From positions 234,732,001-234,796,000 of the forward strand of contig OZ024740.1 of assembly GCA_964016885.1 (NCBI GenBank): 64,000 nt of DNA. The letters are read 5' to 3'. Below the pieces are notes generated by a model. The model worked only from the letters and a program-made list of their open reading frames with translations, was not told the DNA's origin and ran no database searches. The number at the start of each line of letters is the position of its first letter. Position 1 is the first letter of the stretch. Of the stretch, positions 25,514-39,400 are shown one piece after another. Origin of the DNA: Eledone cirrhosa (Eukaryota). Made by a program: the position numbers and the translations under genes.

Positions 25514-27228
25514 GTAAGTGTGAAATGGTTTATCTGCTGCTATAATCCTGTTGCTGGATTTTGTACTGTACTGTGTCACAGGCAGGGACAGTTTCATAGC
25601 TATTAGCTCACAGTTGTTCATCATCATCATCATTTAACGTCCTTCTTCCATGCTAGCATGGGTTAGACAGGAATTGTCCCACTTGAGGCATGATTGATCG
25701 GGTGACCGTGTCTCGCTCGTATAAGACTGTTTCTGGCAGGTTTTCTACAGCTGGATGCCCTTCCTAACACCAACCACATTTACAGTGTTGACTGGGAGTT
25801 TTTTTACCATGTCGCCTATACGACCACTTTACAGTGTGGACGGGGTGCTTTTTGTCGTGACACCTACATGACCACCTTTAGTGTGGACTGGATGTTCTGT
25901 GGTACCAACATAACTTTACAGAAAAAGGGTGATGTGGGTGGAAGTGGGAGGATTGAATAGGGGTTGTGAGGTGGGGTGTATATTGGGTTAAGAGGTGCCT
26001 ACTGACTGTAGGTTTAACTTTGTACATTCAATAGATAGAAAATAGAAATGACAGTCTTATTATTATTGGTTGATTGGCAGAATCTGTAGAGCGTCGAATA
26101 ACGTTTTGCGGAATAGAGTTACGGCCCTTTACGTTCTGTGTTTAAATCCTGCTGAAGTTAACTTTGCCTTTCATCCTTACAGGGTCGATAAAATAAAGCA
26201 CCAGTCATGCACTGGAGCTCGATTTATTCGACTTTCCCCTCTCGCAAAATTGCTGGCCTTGTGCCTAAATCAAAAATTATTATTATTGTTTCTTTTTTTG
26301 TGTGTGTGATACATATCAGGTCTGAAAAACAAAATAAGACAGGATGTTCATGGCTGGATTGGCTTTTGATCATTAGTCTGTTTGATCAGGGCTGGCCTGC
26401 GATGCTCATATGTATTGAGATGTGATAAAATACCTACTTTTCTGGTTCCTGACTCCCTACTGAGGTCAGTAATATAAAGTGTGGAGGGTTGGAGTCTTAC
26501 AACCTAGTCTGATGTTTTTACCTACTTCTATGAACCATATATATATATATCATCATCGTCATCATCATCATCATCACCGTTTTACGTCCGTTCTTCCACG
26601 CTAGCATGGGTTAGACGGGTTGTCCTGTTGTGGGCAGTGTCTGGTCGGCTCACCATGCCTTGCTCATACAGGAACTGATTTGGCTTGATTTCTACAGCTG
26701 GATGCCCTTCCTAACACCAACCTCATTTACAGTGAGTGCTGGGTGCTTTTTCGTGGCGCCTACACATCCACTTTACAGTGTGGGCTGGGTGCTTTTTTGC
26801 CGTGGCACCTCCACGACCACTTTGTGGTGGGGGTGTGGGGGCATATTGTCTATATGCTTCAGCTTGTACCCATGGGAGGTCGGGTACTCTGTATTACTGC
26901 ATGACACCAGAGGTCACGGTCGTGTGTCATTGCCTTTGAGAGGTGTAATTGGGTAAGGTCGGCTTTTATCACCTCATCCCAGGTCATCTTGGGTCTCCCC
27001 ACTCCGCGGTTTCCATCGACTTCTAGTGCTCTGCACCTTTTTATGCAGCTGTCATCCTTCATACATATATATTTAATAAAATGTCATCCTTCATTCATAT
27101 ATATTTAATAAAATGTTATAGTTTGCTTGAAGCATTGTATATAATATATAACGTTGAAAGAGATAGAAGGCTAAACAATGCAAAATGGACTGTAAGAATA
27201 GGTAACAAAAAGTATATTTATTTTTCAG

Positions 27229-27271
27229 ATCTGGGATCAAACTAATTGATGTGACTGGAGTACATTTCCAA
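27229..27271 (+). CDS. WASHC4: WASHC4 coding exon 6
   Basis: ttcag/SGIKLIDVTGVHFQ/gtgagt. Confidence 0.93.
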
Positions 27272-28235
27272 GTGAGTATACCTCTTTGTTTTATTTTTGT
27301 GTGTGTGTGTAAGTGTGTGGTCTGGAGATATGATTAATTTTCACAAACTGTTATAAAATCTATCAGTCGTGCAACAGTTTATATATGTTTTTCCTGTGTG
27401 TGCATACACATACATAAATAACTTTGGTAGGTTTCGGCCAGTATTGACCCAGGCCATGCCCAACTTAATAGCACCATGCATAATCGTTTTTACACCAATT
27501 TCCCTTGCTAGAGTATATTAAATTATTTAATATGCTAGAACAATTGTTTTAACAACTTCATAATATTCATCCTACCACTGACAACTCAACTCTGAAGAAG
27601 AGAGTATTTGTTTCATTCTTTATTGTTCAGCTGACAATTTGAAACAACTAGAGTTATGTACTTTGCTTAAGGAAACAACATTAGCAGTAATAGGATTTAA
27701 ATTTATTGGGACCATGAAGCAGCTTGCTTTTAACTTTCTGCATGCCAGAAAGCATTCTCTCACACCAGCATTTCTCAAACTTTTTACCCTTGGGGATCCC
27801 TTGAAATAGTTTTCATGTCTCAGGGAACCTCTGCATGAAAATCATTCTAAACCGTTATTAATATCTATCTCTCTTATATTTTTATCGTAGTTCACTGTCA
27901 TATTAAGCCCACACTGTTCCAAAAAAATGAAAGAAAAAAGCAGAATACAATAGTGTAGTCCCAGATATACATAAACACAGCTGGAATGCCATTGATTATA
28001 AATCTGCTCAATCAGGGCTGACCTAGAATATGCATAATTACATCTTTAAGAATATGCCTCACATTCATTCACCTTCAGTCATCAGTGTCCAATGTTCATT
28101 GGGTATTTCAACCCTGAACCGTAACACCCTCGTGCTGGTGTGTCAGCAGTGGTGGCCAAATTCCTTTTGATTTTTTATAATGTTTTTATATTCACCGGTT
28201 CTGTTATAGTAGTGTGAGTGTTGTTGTTATTGCAG

Positions 28236-28339
28236 GTTGTATTTGAACATCTTGGGGATCTTCTCACTGTGCTCATCACTCTCGATAAAATCATTGAAAA
28301 TCAGGCACTTCTCAAGGATCATTGGACTCTATATAAAAG
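28236..28339 (+). CDS. WASHC4: WASHC4 coding exon 7
   Basis: tgcag/[34 protein letters not shown](R)/gtgagt. Confidence 0.96.
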
Positions 28340-29540
28340 GTGAGTTTCATAACTTGATGGACTCTGTATAAAAGGTGAGTTTCATAACTTGATGGACTCT
28401 ATATAAAAGGTGAGTTTCATAACTTGATGGACTCTATATAAAAGGTGAGTTTCATAACTTGATGGACTCTATATAAAAGGTGAGTTTCATAACTTGATGG
28501 ACTCTATATAAAAGGGGAGTTTCATAACTTGATGGACTCTATATAAAAGGGGAGTTTCATAACTTGATGGACTCTGTATAAAAGGTGAGTTTCATAACTT
28601 GATGGACTCTATATAAAAGGTGAGTTTCATAACTTGATGGACTCTATATAAAAGGTGAGTTTCATAACTTGATGGACTCTATATAAAAGGGGAGTTTCAT
28701 AACTTGATGGACTCTGTATAAAAGGTGAGTTTCATAACTTGATGGACTCTATATAAAAGGTGAGTTTCATAACTTGATGGACTCTATATAAAAGGTGAGT
28801 TTCATAACTTGATGGACTCTATATAAAAGGGGAGTTTCATAACTTGATGGACTCTATATAAAAGGGGAGTTTCATAACTTGATGGACTCTGTATAAAAGG
28901 TGAGTTTCATAACTTGATGGACTCTATATAAAAGGGGAGTTTCATAACTTGATGGACTCTATATAAAAGGGGAGTTTCATAACTTGATGGACTCTGTATA
29001 AAAGGGGAGTTTCATAACTTGATGGACTCTGTATAAAAGGGGAGTTTCATAACTTGATGGACTCTATATAAAAGGGGAGTTTCATAACTTGATGGACTCT
29101 ATATAAAAGGTGAGTTTCATAACTTGATGGACTCTATATAAAAGGGGAGTTTCATAACTTGATGGACTCTGTATAAAAGGGGAGTTTCATAACTTGATGG
29201 ACTCTGTATAAAAGGGGAGTTTCATAACTTGATGGACTCTGTATAAAAGGGGAGTTTCATAACTTGATGGACTCTGTATAAAAGGGGAGTTTCATAACTT
29301 GATGGACTCTGTATAAAAGGGGAGTTTCATAACTTGATGGACTCTATATAAAAGGGGAGTTTCATAACTTGATGGACTCTATATAAAAGGTGAGTTTCAT
29401 AACTTGATGGACTCTATATAAAAGGTGAGTTTCATAACTTGATGGACTCTATATAAAAGGTGAGTTTCATAACTTGATGGACTCTATATAAAAGGTGAGT
29501 TTCATAACTTGATGGACTCTGTATAAAAGGGGAGTTTCAT
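28323..29540 (+). repeat. 35-bp minisatellite, 35 units, whose first unit spans the exon 7/intron 7 junction
   Basis: Unit TGGACTCT[A/G]TATAAAAGG[T/G]GAGTTTCATAACTTGA. Manual count gives 17 AG|GTGAGT units and 18 AG|GGGAGT units. Confidence 0.97.
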
Positions 29541-29630
29541 ATCTTCATTATAAGTTGTCCTTCTCTCATAGCAACATTGTTCGAGATTTTATGAGTACCA
29601 AGGAAAGTGTTTTCTAACTTAGTATGAAGA

Positions 29631-30317
29631 TGTTTTGATAGCAAATGAATAAATAAATCTGTTTGATTTATTTTGTTCCACTCTATATCTTCATGGTTAT
29701 GGTTTGATTAACAATTAGGAAGACCTTACTAAGGAGAAAAAAATATCATCATCATCATCATCATCATTTTACGTCCGCTTTCCCTGCTTGCAAGGGTGGG
29801 ACAGGAACTGATTCTGGCTTGATTTCTACAGCTGGATGCCCTTCCTAACACCAACCTCATTTACTGTGAGTGCTGGGTGCTTTTTTGCCGTGGCACCTAC
29901 ACGACCACTTTGCAGTGGAATGATATGGACCCCAGTCCCTATCATCTCATTTCTACAGCTGAGTATACTGGAGCAATGGGAAATAAAGTATCTTGCTCAA
30001 GGAAACAACACATCACCTGGTCTGAGAATTGAACTCACAACCTATCGATTGCAAGGCCAATGCTCTAACCACTAAGCCATGCGCAGGAGAAAAAAATATA
30101 AACATCATAATTGAATTATTTTTTGTTAATCAAACTACTAAAAATGATTGTTACAACAAAAAATAATTTAATTATGATGTTTATAATTGTTTCCTCTATA
30201 GTGTGTGATTGTTAAGGTCTTCCCATCTGTTAATCAAACCATAACCATGACTCTGAAGAGATAGAGTGGAACAAAATTAAATCAAACAGATTTATTTATT
30301 CATTTGCTATCAAAACA
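29631..30317. mobile_element. Fold-back (probable Penelope pLTR pair) interrupted by a type B SINE
   Basis: 29631-29728 is the reverse complement of about 30213-30317. Inner inverted repeat 30101-30182. Decayed hammerhead CTGAAGA-gatag..ctatc-AAAA from 30253. Confidence 0.6.
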
Positions 30318-30659
30318 GTAAAAGCTTAACCATAAGGTAGAGAATCCATAATATATATGTAAGTGTGGTTGGTGTTAGGAAGTGCGTCCAGCTGTAAAAA
30401 ACCTGCCAGAGACACTTCCGTACGGTCCCCCGACCATTCCCGCATCAAATGGAACAAAACCGTCTAACCTATGCTAGCGTGGAAGATTGACGTTAAACGA
30501 TGATGATGATCATCATCATCATCATCATTTTACGTCCGCTTTTCCCTGCTTACAAGGGTGGGAAGATGATGATATGTATATATATATATATATATATATG
30601 TTGTAAAAGACCAATAACTTTTTTTTAACTACACTACTCTCCCCCTCTCTCTCTCTATA

Positions 30660-30700
<41 letters not shown>

Positions 30701-30740
30701 TTGAAGAAAATTAACCAACTTTCATTAAAAACTTTTTAAT

Positions 30741-30829
30741 CACTTACAATTGTTTCTGGTGTTTTGCGAAATAAATTTGTCTATTTGTACTACAGACAAA
30801 TTCATAAACAAGACACCTTCGTCAAAGTG
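30741..30829 (-). ncRNA. Hammerhead-like motif with long stem II (core C>T), Penelope pLTR remnant next to (TA)n
   Basis: Minus strand reads cact TTGACGA aggtgt..(hairpin)..acacca GAAA caattg TA agtg, with palindromic stem III ACAATTGT. Confidence 0.55.
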
Positions 30830-31459
30830 GAATAAACTTATTTCAATAAATAGTCACATAAAACATTAACTCACATCAAGCAATAGGGATCAACAAAATC
30901 ATATCATAGTTTGAATTTACAGAAAAATAAATTATTTTATAAATTTGAGGAATAAGTCCATCGCCATTTTTACTAGGATCAGTAAAGTACTGGAGTCAAT
31001 ATAATCAACTTTCCTCTCCCTTTAAATTACAGGCCTTGTGCTTAAATTAAAAGTAATTATATATATGGTATAAAGTGACAAATTAGCTGAGTTGTTTGAA
31101 CATCAGATAGAATGCTTTGTGGTATTCATTCTGACTCTTTTCTCTGAGTTCAACTCCTGCCGAGGTCAACTTTGCCTCTCATCCTTCAAAGGTCAATAAA
31201 AAAAGTACCAGTCCAGTACTGGGGCCGATTCTTTCTCTATATCTCTTTCTCACTTTCTCTCTTTCACTCTCAATCCTTCCCTTGAAGAAATCTGTCATGT
31301 TCAGACCTGGAGATTAATGGACTCTGTCAGACTTAAAATGCTATATGCCACTATGATGCCCCTATGGCTCCATCTGGAGTTACAGGAATATCTCATCACA
31401 TATATGGTATATTATATAATATTCTATTTGTGACATTTTTGTATATTTTTCTCTTCCAG

Positions 31460-31580
31460 GATGCTAAAGAGTGTAAGACACAATCCTTCAAAGTTCAACA
31501 TCCCTGATGAGAAACTTCGACCATTTGAGAAGTTGATGTTGACCCAGGAGGGACAACTATTTGATGGTTACATATTCTTG
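31460..31580 (+). CDS. WASHC4: WASHC4 coding exon 8
   Basis: tccag/[40 protein letters not shown]/gtcagt. Confidence 0.96.
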
Positions 31581-31958
31581 GTCAGTGTTATTTCTATTGC
31601 TGTTGTTGTTGTTGTTGTTGTAGAGTAGCAGTCTTCCAGCTTAGAGGTTGTTGGTTCATATCCCATCAACAATGCACTAAACTGTGTCCATGGACCTGAC
31701 ACTTAACTCTCAGACCCAGTCCACCTGGCTATAAATAGGTGCCACATGGTAAGAACAACTTTGTTCTGTAAACTGAAAAAAAAGCTTAAGGGCCCTTACC
31801 TATTGATGATGTCATTGGGCCACTGTCCTGACAAACCGTTAATTTATCAAAATGTAAATTTCCCAGTTTGTATGCTCATACATATATCATGCCAGCCTTG
31901 GACTAAAATAATGAGAGGTGTTCAATACTATTGTCATCATTATTGTCAGCACTAGTCC

Positions 31959-32001
<43 letters not shown>

Positions 32002-32361
32002 ATGTTTCCATTGGTCTTTCCAATTGCTAATACTACCTACTAGTCACAAATCCAGAAGGAGCAACGTGAAATAAGGTGTCTTGGCTAAGGACATAACATA
32101 TCGCTCAGTCTGGGAATTGAACTCACATCCTCACGATTGTGAATCCAATTCTCTAACCACTCAGCCATGTGCTTTCACTCAACGTGTCCATTAGTAACAA
32201 TATAAACAGCAAAAAGAATCAAATTCTTAATTTCTTTTAGAAATATCTGTAAGACACTTTACTGCTGCTCTAACTTACTACACATCATATGTGCAGCTAT
32301 TAGTGCAGCAGCCACACCATGTCTTTCATACTGCTTTATAATTGGTCTATTATATATACAG

Positions 32362-32482
32362 AATTGTGTGGAACAAATCTTTGATGATCCCAACATTGTA
32401 TTAGTCTCAAAGAGTACAACCTTTGCTGAGGAATTTATATTCAATATCCGTGAAATACTTACCAATTTGGAATCTAAAATTG
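32362..32482 (+). CDS. WASHC4: WASHC4 coding exon 9
   Basis: tacag/NCVEQIFDDPNIVLVSKSTTFAEEFIFNIREILTNLESKI(G)/gtaact. Confidence 0.95.
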
Positions 32483-32879
32483 GTAACTATATATTTCTTG
32501 TTAATTTACTGTTATTGTTGTTTTCATTGGTGTGTGTGTTCTGTTTAGAATAAGTATGCCATATTCCTACATGTAAGAGGTGACTAAAATGATTGGTTCC
32601 AGCAAAGACATCCAGCTGTAAAAGATAGCCTCAAAAAGGTCCCAGTTATGAGTATGAAGCTTGCCATGGGGCCTGTAAGGCTAACCCCTGCTTTAGCAAG
32701 AAAACTAGCCTTAAAACGCTTGTTTATATGATTAGTGTTATGGTTATTGTAATAATGTTTTTGTTGAGAGTGTTGTTATTGCATTCTGAAGGATCTGATG
32801 TATTTCAAAGAGGTAGTTGACCTGCAGTTCACAGACATGTTGTTCCAGATGCATCATGCCTTTGTCTAGATAAGTTCCA

Positions 32880-33322
32880 TGCTGTGTGCTCCAACGTCTG
32901 GCTTGGTAAACACCCACAAAATTATTAACCATCTTGCCAACAACAACCCTGAGTACCTTTTTGAATTCCATGTGTCTAACACATGTGGGCATGCTTACAA
33001 AGTCAGAAAACAACACAGCTCCCATGACTGTCGGAAACATTTTTTTCATGCTCAGAGTTGCTGAAGCATGGAACAAACTACCTGCATCAGTTGTTAACTA
33101 CTGGGACACTGCATCCTTTAAAACCTCCATGCTTCCTGAAATTCGCCAACACTACACCTGATATCCTCCCTCCATACACACGCACACATGTATATCATGA
33201 CTCATATACTGTTCACTTTCCTGACATTTGTACATTATTCTATGTACTATACATGCACCTTTGACGAGTTGTAGTGCACCTGAGCACTGTACACAATAAT
33301 TTCATTATTATTATTATTATTT
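32880..33322 (+). mobile_element. CR1 LINE 3' fragment, same family as 1-842
   Basis: THKIINHLANNNPE..RVAEAWNKLPASVV..EIRQHYT, shared 3'UTR and (ATT)n tail. Confidence 0.88.
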
Positions 33323-35354
33323 TATGATGGTGCAGTGCAGCAGTCTGGACTTGTTCTCTCTCTATTGATCAGACTATTTCCATACACCTGTAGATTTTAG
33401 TAGTAGACACAACAGACAGGCAAGTGAACTCAGTTCAAGCATGACAGTTGCTGTTTCTCTGTAATTATCATTGTAGGGTGTAAATTTCGATATGAGATTT
33501 GGGAGCTAATGAGGCTAATAAGCCTATTGATGCTGCTGATATATGTGGTTTTTATATCTGGGTTTAGTGGGAGGGATAATGTTCTTCAGGGTGGGGTTGT
33601 AGTTATTGTTTATCTTCATGTCAGCCTTTATTATGCAGACTTATGATCAAACTCATTTCAATCATGACCAATACATCCTTTTCTTGTGTGAAGGGAACTC
33701 TGAATTGTATCATCCGGCATGTCCCTTTTCTAAGCTGGTAGGGTATAATTTGAAGCCAATTTGCTGCTATTTCTGTTTAATTGAGTAACCATGTAGAGGC
33801 TCTCTCAGCTCAGTGATGTATGCTTGAGCAAAACACTTCATTTCACATTACTTTAGTACACTCACCTGAAAATGAGTATCGGCAGCCATGATGAACTGGT
33901 GTCCTTTCCAGGCGGAAAGTCTTGTACTCATAGTCATTTAACTCTAAGGAAACCACGATAAGCACCAGCCTGATGGGCCTCCAGACTTGAGAAAGACTTT
34001 AGTCTTGAAGTCAGTTTTCTAGCTAATTAATGATAGTGGACTGTTGTGAGTATTATGTCATCTGTATATGAGGCTAGGCGGCGAATTGGCAGAGTTGTTA
34101 GAATATCATTCTGGCTCTCTGCTGTCTGAATTGAAATCCTACCAAGGTCAACTTTGTCTTTCATCCATTCAATGTCGATAAAAAAAGTACCAGTCTATCT
34201 CTTTCTCACTTCCATTCTTCACTCTCCATTCTTCTCTGGAAGAGATCTGCTGTATTTAAACCTGTAGAGAAGATGGACCCCCACCAGCTTTAAAAAGTAC
34301 CCTAGAAACACCCTACAACCCCCTCAGGAGTTACAGGTCCATATGAGGCTGTGTATGTGTGTGTGTGTGTTTTTTTGTGAAGATTATGTAGGTATAGATT
34401 GAAAAGAGTGGGTGAAAGGATAGCTCCTTTTGATACTGTATTCATGAAATTGGGAATTTTGAATGTACACTACATCATCATCATCATCGTTTAATGTCCA
34501 TCTTCCACACTAGCATGGGTTGGATGGTTTTGTCCCACTTGAGACGAGATTGGTCAGGAGACTGTGTCTCGCTGGTACAGAACTGTTTCTGGCAGATTTT
34601 CTACGGCTGGTTGCCCTTCCTAACACCAACCACATTTACAGGGTGGACTACATAGGTGTGTCAAACTGAGGAGTGAGCCTCTATGTGATTTCTTTACCTG
34701 CTTAAGTTAACAAAATTTCCTTCAAATTTCACCCGAGCATTTTGTTGAGGGTGGTAGTTTATTTTGGTATTTTGCCTGCTATCCAGTGGTGTTATTGTTG
34801 TGATAGTGATGTTCTAGTTTTTGGTGGGTGCGCCCTGAATAAACAGACTTGTGATCTAAAGCATTCCAACCATAACCATCCCGTCTTTATTCCGGTCAAT
34901 GTATCTACAACTGTTACCTAATGTGTTTCATTAGGGTATAATTTGAAGGAGATGATTTGACTGCTATTTCTAGCAGGTCAAGCAACCATGTAGAGACTCT
35001 GTCAATGGCATCATGGTGGTGGTAGAGAGGGTATGGCTAATGTTATTGTGTTGGGATTGTTGTTGTTGACAGAGTGATAGTAGTGCTGGTGTTGGTGGTA
35101 TTGTGATTGTTATTGTTGTTACGGTTCTTTTAATTACTTTTGTAACATAATAACTGTTTCTACGTTTGGCACAAGGCCACCAATTATCCCAGTGCATTAC
35201 TGGTACTTTATTTTATCGACCCTGTAAGGATGAAAGGCAAAGTTAACCTTGTCGGGATTTAAACTCAGACCATAAAGGGTCGTAACTCTATGCTGCAAAG
35301 CATAGCGTCCGACCCTCTGCCGATACTGCCAGTAACCTACTAATGTTTTCTCAG

Positions 35355-35482
35355 GTGATGTGAAGGAGATGAACCAGCGACACCAGTATGTTGGATTATG
35401 TGGTCTTTACGTTCTCTACACTCAGATATTTCGTGTGGTTGACAAGAAACTTTTCAAATCAGTCTGGGATGTTTACAAAAAG
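35355..35482 (+). CDS. WASHC4: WASHC4 coding exon 10
   Basis: ctcag/DVKEMNQRHQYVGLCGLYVLYTQIFRVVDKKLFKSVWDVYKK/gtaaat. Confidence 0.96.
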
Positions 35483-35599
35483 GTAAATGTTATTCAATTT
35501 GTTTGTTATGATTTTATGTAGTACACAACAAGCATTATAAGGCCATCTTCACCCCAAAATTTTGTGTTAAACATTGTGAGCCCCATGATAAACCTCTCC

Positions 35600-36030
35600 A
35601 TGTTTCCCTTTGTTGGCATCTCACCTCACTAACCTGCTGGCTTTCATTTCACCCATAATATTTAGCCATGTCATTCTTGGTCTTCCTCTTCCTCTACTTC
35701 CTTCCATGTTGATTTCCATCACTGATCTCACCCAGTGACCTACATCCTTCCTCAATACATGACCCAACCATCTCATTCCATTTCTCTTCATAACATTCAT
35801 CACTGGCTCTATTCCCATCATCCTCTGCAATTCATAGCTTGTCTTCTCACGAAGCAATACTCCACTCACCCATACTGTACCACTATACATTTTCATTCTT
35901 GCCACTCTTCTTTGCTTCTCCACATTCATCACCTATGTCTCACTCCCATAAATCATGCCATGTCTCACACATGCAGCATGCATCATTCCCTGCAGCATGC
36001 ACCCTTTTTATGCAATATCTGCAACTATAT
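35600..36030 (-). mobile_element. Old RTE-type LINE 3' fragment
   Basis: MRWLGHVLRKDVGHWVRSVMEINMEGSRGRGRPRMTW. Confidence 0.7.
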
Positions 36031-36419
36031 TTAGTGGAAGCCACTTACACTTATGGAATAGGTTATCAACTGGCTCTTTTTAACACACACACACACACAT
36101 TAAATACAATAGAAGGCTGGACCGGAAACTTTCTTTAAAATTTTAATTCTGTGAAAACACTATACTTATTTCAATGGCCCAGCTTCATCAACCAATCATG
36201 ATGCAAGACTTAGACGGTTTCATCAGGTGTTGATTGCAGAATTAGTTATATAATATAACAGGATTACATCAAACACAAACAGAGAATAGAGGATAGTTTT
36301 GGTTCAGGGATGTCAAACTATCTCCAAACACCACCACAATATACTCTGTAACCACAATAAACACTATTGTCACCACAATAAACCTCCCATAGTTATCATA
36401 AAATATTTGAATTATAAAG

Positions 36420-39400
36420 TCTTAGTCTTAGTTCCTCCAGTCCCTTGTGGAACATTGGGCAACGAGCTTCCTCCACTTGATCCTGTCACTGGCGGCCCTT
36501 CTAGCACCTCTCCATGTAATTCCCATCTCCTGCAGGTCCTCCCTGAATGTGCTCTGCCATGTTTTTCGTGGTCTTCCCCGTTCTCTCCTGCCACCTTCTG
36601 GTACCCAATCCATGGCAATATGAGCAGGTCGATCTGTCGGCAAACGAAGGATGTGGCCCGCGAACTGCCGTTTCCTTTTCCGGACAATATCCCTTAACCT
36701 CTCCAATCCTGACCTCCTCATCACTTCCTCGTTGATAACTTGGTCTCTCCATGAAATTTTCAATATGGTCCGAATGCAACGACGGTGGAATACATCGAGC
36801 TTTTTAGATACACTTTCCGTACTCTTCCATGTCTCACAGGCATACATCGCTGTTGGTACTACAATGGACATGTAAACACGGAATTTGACGGCGTTGCCGA
36901 TGGAACACCTGGACCATACCGGACAGAGTCGCTGGAAGACCGCCGCTGTTTTTCCCAGCCTTGTGCTCACATCTACCTCAGCATCCCCATCGTCAGAGAT
37001 GTTGCTGCCAAGGTATTGGAAGTGGTTTACACATTCAATGTTACGCTGACCAACCATGATGGGAGGATTTGGAGGGTCACCTGTCGACATGGTCTTGGTT
37101 TTTTCACAACTGATGCGCAGGCTAACTTTCTCTGCATTGTCATTTAGAACGTTTGTCATCTCTTGCAGATCTTCTCGGAAATAGCCTATCACTGCGATGT
37201 CATCGGCAAAGTTCAGGTCGCTTAATCTCCTCCCATCCCAACTGATGCCAAAACGAGGGTCACTCATTGTCTTCTTCATGATGAAATCGATGACAATGAG
37301 GAAAAGGAAAGGCGAAAGGATGCAGCCTTGTCGAACACCCGTCAAGATGTCAAACATTTCCGTGTTTCCGTCCTTTGTCCTAACGCAGCACCTGGAATGT
37401 CGGTACAGCGACCTGAAGATGTTAATATATTTCTCTGGGACACCGTAGAGTCTTACAATTTTCCACAATGACTCCCGATGAACACTGTCGAAAGTTTTCC
37501 TGAAGTCAATGTAGTTGACAACAAGGGACTTGTGGAACTCCCGACATTGTTCAATGATATTTCGGAGAGTGAAGATCTGCTCTGAACAAGACCTTCCACT
37601 GCGGAAGCCAGCCTGTTCATCTTGAAGATGACGATCTACTTCTGCTCTCAGCCGGTTCAGGATGACTGCAGAATACCTTCCCTGGCACTGATAGCAACGT
37701 GATCCCTCTCCAGATGTTGCAGTCGCTGAGACAGCCCTTCTTCGGTAGTGGTACAATCACTCCATTTTCCCAGTCCCCCGGGACCTCTTCTTCTTGCCAA
37801 ATCACATTGCATAAATGGGTGAGCTGCTCCTCTATTACATCCTTGCCGTGCTTCAGAAGCTCTGCAGGAATCTCATCCAGCCCTGCCGCTTTGTTATTCT
37901 TTTGGCAGCGGATGGCCTTGGTCACCTCAGCTCTTGTGATGTCGTCTAGTCGTACATCCAGCCGGTAGCTCGCTTCCACCCAGTCAAGCTCGAAGACTGT
38001 GTTGGGGGATGGCTGATTGAGGACCTCACAAAAGTGTTCATTCCACCTCTGGGCCTGCTCTTCACTGGCTGCAAGCATCCGACCATCTTTGCTCTTGATT
38101 GGCAAACTGCTTCCACTTCGTCCTCCAGTTAGCTCTCTGACGATCCGGTACAGCGTCTTGGAATCATTTCGATCTGCTGCCACCTGTACCTCTACAGCCC
38201 GATCTTCTAACCACTGGCGCTTGTCTTTTCGACAGCACTTCTTTACTTCCTTGTCAAGACGTTTGTACTCTTCCTTTGTCCACTTCCTTCCATTGCTGTC
38301 GAGTTTTGGTTTGATCTCTTTTGTTCTTAACATCCTTCCTCTCGTCAATGAGATTCCATGAAGTACTGCTGATCCACTGTTCCCGGTTGGTCCCCCTTCT
38401 TCTACCAATAACTACATCAGCACTCGCCCTGACCGCTTGATCAAACATCTGCCACTGGTCTTCACGGTTCTGTGAGAGCTATAGTTCTTGGAACTTATTC
38501 CTGATCTCCAGGTAGAATCCCTCTGACGTGCCTTGGTCTTGCAGGCTTGCGACAGCATATGGCCTCACGGTCTTATTTGCTTTGTTTTTCTTCAACCTCA
38601 AGCGGATTTTTCCAGCCACAAGATGATGGTCAGATCCGACGTCTGCCCCTCGGTAGGTGCAAACATCCAAGATAGAGGAGCGCCACCTCGTGCCAATGCA
38701 TATATAATCAATCTCATTCCTGGTGTTGCCATCAGGGGAAGTCCATGTCATCTTGTGAATCCGCCTATGGGTGAAGAATGTATTCCCGATGGAGAGGTTG
38801 CTGATACTGCTCAGGGACAGCAACCATTCCCCGTTGTTATTGGTGGAATCAGCTGAACAGCGGGGGCCAATGGCTGAATGCATTTCTCTCCTGTCTCCAT
38901 CTAGCTTGGCATTGAAGTCACCAATCAGCAGCCTAATGTCTGACCTGGGTGTTTCCTCTAAGACATCCTGTAGTTGGATAAAGAAGGTAACCTTATCTTC
39001 ATCTGAGGCAGCTTCAGTCGGGGCGTAGACGTGCACTACGGTCACCTTGACGAACCTTGTGCTCAATCTGGCAGTAATAATGCGTTCACTCACTGGCCTC
39101 CATCCCACAAGAGCCCGTGATACATCTCCGGTGAGGATGATACCAACTCCGTGGACATGGTGGTCATCATCACCTGTGTAGAGAATAGTCATGTCTCCGC
39201 CGTCGAGTTGTCCCCGTCCTGTCCACCTCGCCTCGCTGATGCCCATGATGTCAAGGCGATACTCTCTCATCTCCTTCAGCACCTGCTCCATCCGCCCGTC
39301 CCAAAAGAGCGTGCAGACATTCCAGGTGCCTACTCTTGTGTTTGATTTGGCGTTGAAGATAGGACTTATCCGCGGTCGGGCCTCCTTTCGGCTTTGACCC

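Noticed and set aside
28330-29532. TATAAAAG(GGG) in every unit, read as a promoter array
   Set aside because: It derives from the exon codons TAT AAA AG. Nothing else indicates initiation here.
28323-29540. CRISPR-like array (35-bp repeats)
   Set aside because: The units are contiguous with no unique spacers, there are no cas genes, and the context is a eukaryotic intron.
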